From the human T2T-CHM13v2.0 reference genome, Homo sapiens, in assembly GCA_009914755.4 (NCBI GenBank), contig CP068257.2, positions 18,144,001 to 18,208,000 of the forward strand: 64,000 nt of DNA, read 5' to 3'. This document shows, one piece after another, positions 57,021-64,000 of the stretch. Under the pieces are notes generated by a model, which was given only the letters and a program-made list of their open reading frames with translations, was not told the DNA's origin and did not search any database. Position 1 is the stretch's first letter. Each line of letters opens with the position of its first letter. A program made the position numbers and the translations under genes.

Positions 57021-59726
57021 CCAAACATCTTCACATCTCTCACACGCCTTCCCTAGCATTGATATATTCAAAGTAGTTTCTAAATTGGTTATTTTCAGAA
57101 TTAATGCAGAATGAAATTTTAATAATAAACTTACAATATATACCTGATATTTATCTTCTTAATTTGCATCATGTGTTATTTGTGGAATGAGAGACAGGAC
57201 AGTCTTGGATTTATTCTGCCTGATGCAGAGACCATGCTCATCAAGTCACTGTATCAAATGCTGTACTAAAATTTCTTGTCATGTTGTTAGTTACTGTAGT
57301 TTGCTGCTATTCTATTTTGTCATGCCTGGTTTCTGAAGCATTTGGTGATTCACCCAAATATTTTATTTAGTCACAATTGCCTACATCCTTGACACTTGAC
57401 AGATCTCTGATAGCCCCATTTTTACCACGAAATGTCATTTATCTTGCATATCAATAGCTCCATTGACTCCTCTATATTACTGTGGCAGATATGGGGTAGA
57501 CATTGCCCAGGTTCCTTTGTCCATTACACACAAAGTCAACATGTTAATCGTACTACTTATCTAATGGAATGCAAAAATAATTTAATATCTATTGAATCAG
57601 AATAAATAAAAATAAACTTTTTTCAAGAACAGTAAAAATATATTTTTCTGTTACAAAAGTTAAAATTAACAAACATCTTTTGACAGAAAAGCAGCTGATA
57701 GGTTGGAAATAGACTGGAAAATAAGAATGGCTGTTTTAACATCCTGGATGAGAGATTAGATTAAAAAGTAAAAACCAACTGACTATCTTTGTTTATAGGG
57801 ACCTGCAGATGAATGAATGAGAACACTGAAAAGAAAGAATAGAGGAAATAATGTGTGTTTTCTAAAGAGAAACACAACGGTGCTGTGAAAGACAATGAAC
57901 AAAATAAGAAATGTATACAATGTATAATTATGGACACTGTATAATTAGGAGGCTTCAAAATTACTTTCAATGAATATCTGCCAATTAAACGTCTGTAAGG
58001 CATGAGTTCCTTTATATTGAGGTATGTATGTGAAATGACTTGTGTTACCTTTTGCAACAATTTTGTCAATAGTGAAATACTGTCATCACCTACTTTCCAA
58101 ATTATTATTTTAAGCACTTATATCTTGACATATTTTAATTAAAATAAAGTATTTCTTTAAAACTCCTTCATCAAAATTAATTCCTTGACATTATTTTAGC
58201 TATATCTAAAGAGTATCAAAGACTACTTCAAAAATATTTGAGTTTTATATTTTTTTATAAAAATAAATTTTATAGAAGACAAATTTAAGAGTCTTTTAAA
58301 TACTTTATTATATTTACATACATCCACAAAAAATGAGGAGTCTATTAATGTATTTGTACTATATCTTAAAATTTGAATGTCTAAAGTATGTACACTTTTG
58401 GCTTTCTTCATTCAGTTACTTGAAATAAATGTTCATAAGCAAATATTCATATTTACAAATGCATTCTCTAAATAATAACATTATAACTATATGAAATTGT
58501 CTCAGTTAAATAAAGGTTTTGTTTTCTTTAAGGGAACAAATTTGTACTCCTTATTTTTAAAAACTGAAGATTACTTTCAATCTTAAAATTATCACTTTTT
58601 TCATCATTATACAATTTATTTGAATTTAATTTCAATGAATATTTTAGGGTGTCTTTTGGTTATAGCTTCATTATGTATACATGTATATTAATCAGAAAAA
58701 CAGGATCACTAACAAGTGATCTGTGAATGGGATTATGGGATTTAATTTAGGAGACAGGGTAGCAGGGTGGAAAGACCTGTTAGAGTGTCCATGAAGAAAT
58801 CATTTTCTTCCAAAGTAAAAATATAATATTTGAATCTAGAACATGCCCGACTATTTCAAAAACATCTTAGCAAGTTGTTACTACTTCCCTCATCCTGAAA
58901 GGCAGTACTATGTTTATTGGTTAAGAATTTAGACTGCAAGTCAGCCTGCCAGGCTTGAAATCAAGCTCCACCATTTACTAGGTGGGTACATTAGAGCAAA
59001 TTACTTAACAAGCCATATCTAATTTTTCCTAAGCGTACAAGGAGGACATTAACAGTGCCTACTTTATGAGGCTGCAATACTAAGTAAATTACTTCATCAT
59101 ACAACATTTAGAACAGCACACTATCTAAAACAATAAATGCTAAAAAGTAACCCATTAACGATTAGATTATTAATTCTGCTAGGTCTAACCTTGATGTACT
59201 TTACCTGGCTTCAACTTCTAAGCAATTTATAATTTAAATTGCAGTTTACTTTGCCCCTCATTTCATAACTTCCTTCTTAAAACAGAAAAAAAAAAAAGTG
59301 CCCTTTTCAACATAGGAAGTGCACCGAAAGAGAACCTGTAAAGCACATACCCACACGTGTTTTCTTTTAGGTACCAATTTATCTCCAGTTTTACATTTTC
59401 CTACTACAGTTTAAACTAATCTTAGCCTAGAAAATCACTTTCTCACTCATTTCAAATTGCAGAAACAGGTAGAAAGATCTTCTTATCAAACTAATCTGCT
59501 TTAAATAGGGTACCTTAAGTCTAACATGATGTGTTTCGTAGAAGTTATTCGACCTGAAAGAGAAAAGCATTGTATCTCAAAATCCTGTTCAGTTTCTCAC
59601 AAGTATCTTAATATTCCAAGTACATTGTATTATTGTGCAGGCATTCACTCATTCGCTCCCTGTCCAACCACTCACTGCCAAGTGGTTTGTGCTTTCAGTA
59701 AATTAATTTCTCTTCCCTATCCTACT

Positions 59727-59736
59727 GAAAATGTCT
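59727..59736. repeat. 5' TSD (GAAAATGTCT) of the AluY insertion
   Basis: The identical 10-mer lies at 60145-60154, after the Alu and its tail-derived microsatellite. Confidence 0.75.
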
Positions 59737-60193
<457 letters not shown>

Positions 60194-61074
60194 TTATGTT
60201 ATATGCCATAGTTGTGTTATATGTAACATCAGAGTAGAATGTGTAAGTGGAATTGCATGATTCAACTCACCCTCTTTTCCTTTTCCCCTTTGCCACATAA
60301 AGAACATATTTCTCTTAGGGATTTAGCCTCCAGGTAAAGAAATTAGCTGGAGATATATAAAGGATTGGCAGATAGAAACAATCTGAAACAATTTCGCTTA
60401 AACTGAGACATAGCTCTTCTTTGGTCATCCATCTGCATGTAAGATAAAAATATTATTGTAAGCCACTTAAATTTTGGAGTTATTTACTATGTAGCAAAGA
60501 TAAGACTTAAATGATGTAACTTCTAGGTATAAGACAGAGCAATTATGTAGTTATTTTGCTATTGGGCTTCCAATAACTCAGTCCTATATAGAGAGGCCCC
60601 TACTGTTATTCACCCTGCCTTTACTCAGCTTAATTTAAATTATAAAGATGGTGATTTTTATTAGTACTGGTTTTTTTTAGTCGCAAGTGACAGAAAATCT
60701 AAGCCAAAAGTGCTTTGAAAAAGAGTGGGTGAAATTTAATGGTACACATAACTCAAAAGAAATAAAATTTGAGATTCAAGTAATTTCCCCGTGACAAATC
60801 CTTCTCCAACTCTACTCTGCTCTGGATTCATTGTCAAGGTCTGTGTGGTGTCATGGTAGCTGCCAACTACTCTTGGCATACATCCTCAGAGGCACAATTA
60901 CATTGATAATAATTAACCTTTGAGTGCTTACAATGTGCCAGACACTCTTCTAAGGCATTTGCATGAATTAGCTCATTTCATCCTCAAAATGAATATATCA
61001 AATAGAAACTAATATTATCCTAATTTTATAGTTAAAAAAACAGATGGACAAAAAAATAAGATGCCTCATAATAA

Positions 61075-61170
61075 CATATATATCTATAGATCCATGTGTA
61101 TATATGTATATATGTGTGTATATACATACACGACTTGTGTATGTGTGTGTGTATATATATCTAACACACA
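61075..61170. repeat. (TA)/(TG)-rich low-complexity region
   Basis: atatatatctatagatccatgtgtatatatgtatatatgtgtgtatatacatacacgacttgtgtatgtgtgtgtgtatatatatc. Confidence 0.8.
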
Positions 61171-61185
61171 CTCGACTTCTTATGG

Positions 61186-61279
61186 AATCTAACAGAAACA
61201 GTGATAGCAAGAATATTGCAAATAACCGTATTTGCAATAATCTAACAGAAACAGTAATAGCAAGAATATTGCAAATAAC
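61186..61279. repeat. Tandem duplication with a period of about 52 bp (2 copies)
   Basis: aatctaacagaaacagtgatagcaagaatattgcaaataacc versus aatctaacagaaacagtaatagcaagaatattgcaaataact, separated by gtatttgcaat. Confidence 0.85.
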
Positions 61280-62800
61280 TCTATTAATCATAGTCTACTA
61301 GAAAATATATTGTTGCAAAAGTGTTCAAACAAAATATACTTTCCAGCCACAAAATATTTGTTATGGTTTTAAAATCATAACAACAAATTAAAGAACAAAT
61401 AAAACCATACTGAGATGGCCTGCATGAAAAAAAATAATGTTTTATTACATAGGCAAAAATATCTAGGACACAGACCTTGGATACACTGCATATACCTTCT
61501 AGTACGATGATACAGGCTATGCAGTTGAGGGTAAGTACTTAAAATTGCTACAAATTATTCCTTTAGAATGTTAGGTGTAGGATAAAAACTAAAATTTTTC
61601 TATAAATTCTATCTGTAGCAACATGAGTTTTCTATAACATATTAAAGGAACACAGAATAAATCAAAAGTTGAAGAAACATAAATTATTTTTTACTTTAGC
61701 CAACTTATATACTTTTATTGCATAACTTGTAATTTTTGTTTATGTAAAGAAGAGCATTGGCCCTATGATTTTTTAAGCTTTGTATAAGAACTTGATGGTA
61801 ACATTAAAAAGTAGCAAATCAAATATAATATAAAAGCAGACCTACTCAGTAACTTTCAGCTTATTGGGCTTTTGTACTAATATATTTGTTAATATTTAAT
61901 AAATATAAGATGTTTTTGTACCTGTGGAAACCCCTTAGCTGCTCTTTGCTAAATACACAGGTGCCTTGGTGTTTCTCAAAGCACACATTGCTTCAGGACT
62001 TTTGAATTCCTTTCCACCTGCCAGCAGCATTCTTCTAAAATATTCCTCCATAATTCAAGTTTATGCTCAAATTTTACTTTAGAGAAAATGGGCTATATGG
62101 GTTTTTATAAAAACCCATGTAAAAAACATTGCTTTTCACACTAGTTATTCTTCTATGTCCCGTATTTATTTTTCTTCATAGCATTTATTACACACAACAT
62201 GGTACCTCTTTGAAGTAGAAGCTCATGAGGGCAGGAATGTTACTTTGTCTATTTCTACATCCACTGTGTCTAGAACAGGGTCTAGTACATGGTAGGCATT
62301 TCACATATTTCTGTAATGAATGGTAATATAAGTAGAAATCATGATACTATTTAGTAAACCTCATGTACCAAGTGTTACTCAACACGAATAAACTCTAGGC
62401 AAAAGATGTTATTTTGGATTATATTAATAATTTCAGGACATACTTCTTACATATTGGTAAGTATTGTACCTTTGTGTGTCAGGGGGATGTTGAAGTTCAA
62501 ATTTTACTTTTAAGATCTGGGAGAATGTTTAGTAAATTAATTGCTGATGATTTTAATGTACATAATATTAAAATAATCATGTTTATAATAGTTCAACAAT
62601 AATTTCATAACAATTCACCTATTTTGTGAATGTTTAAGATAAGACTAGCTAACAATTATTAATACAAGTATGTACACACTTAAAATTTACACTTTACAAC
62701 AATTCTATCAGTTAATAGCATTATTCTCATTTTTCCCCTTTGGAACACTGAGGCACAGAGAAGATTTTCAAATGCCCAAGACATGAGAGTACAGGTTTGA

Positions 62801-63162
<362 letters not shown>

Positions 63163-64000
63163 AATTAGGTGAAATTAAAGAAGATGAGGCAGTGAAATTG
63201 AGCACTTGTATTTCAAAAGTGTAGACCGCTTATTAAATTATATTGAATCATTATTCTATAATGTTTGGGAACTTATTGTTTATTTCCAGAGTAGAATTCA
63301 ATTACTTTAACAGTAGATCATAGTGGGCTCTAGAGAATTAACAGTCTAATTAGTTATTTAAAAGGTTAGAATTAAACTTTCTTAAGTTCTTTAAGCATTT
63401 TATAATCATTAACATTTTCATAGTACTCCCATAATCATAGCACATGTAACTGGGTCTCATTTCAAAGTGACCAATTAAAAGAATTGGAAAAACAACTAAC
63501 CCTGGTTTCCATGTTAATAATTGAATGTAGGGTGGATATGGGTATATGTGTCTATTATGCCTTTGTGGTATGATTATTTGTTAATATTGTCTGTAAGTAG
63601 GCTTCAGAAGTGTCCTGACATTGTAACTACAAGACAAATCATCCATAAATATAGGAAAGCATATCTTTAATAGAAGTCTGTAATTTTATCAGACTTTCTT
63701 TTTGAAATATATGTCACAAGAAGCACTGAGAATCACTGCTTTAAAAAAGCCACTGCTTGTGGCTTAAAATTTTGTGTATTTCTCATTACTCATATGACAG
63801 TTTGCATTACCAAGTATTAGTAATTCAGTTGTTTAGTTGGTTGGATATACAACAAATCATTTCTATCATCTGAATAATTTTGTTGAAAACTAGGCATCGT
63901 AGTAATTTTCTGTTTTCTGTTAGACTAATAGCGGGGCTTCCAGAACTGAGAAAACAATTTTCAGGAGGGACATGAAAAATCCATTCAGTCATAAAAAAAA

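Overview
This window is primate (human-type) nuclear genomic DNA, not a prokaryotic locus. It is AT-rich and CpG-depleted, and it is dominated by interspersed repeats.

**Repeat content**
- 11 Alu SINEs or Alu fragments. The 7SL-derived dimer, poly-A tails and target-site duplications (TSDs) are directly recognisable. Two copies look young (AluY-like).
- Four or five LINE-1 copies:
  - a 4.1-kb 5'-truncated L1PA with a decayed ORF2 and a TSD;
  - a twin-primed inverted L1 with a 13-bp TSD;
  - an old L1M retaining an ORF1 remnant and carrying an internal deletion;
  - a short L1 3' end, plus a second, low-confidence one.
- Several MaLR/ERVL-class LTR elements. The window opens inside a THE1-like element.
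- Many microsatellites, minisatellites, and polypurine/polypyrimidine tracts.

**What is absent**
I find no convincing protein-coding exon, RNA gene, CpG-island promoter, CRISPR array or operon. Every six-frame ORF of 100 aa or more falls in a transposable element, in low-complexity DNA, or in AT-rich sequence with no recognisable protein similarity. The most likely context is a gene desert or a large intron.

**No undescribed system**
I do not see a novel or previously undescribed biological system here. The notable items are structural: twin priming, an Alu tail turning into a microsatellite, a short direct repeat pair, and H-DNA-type tracts.

**Limits**
Family names and coordinates are from reading the sequence by eye (about ±10 bp) and need RepeatMasker/Dfam confirmation. 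Ancient MIR/L2/DNA-transposon fragments are probably under-called.
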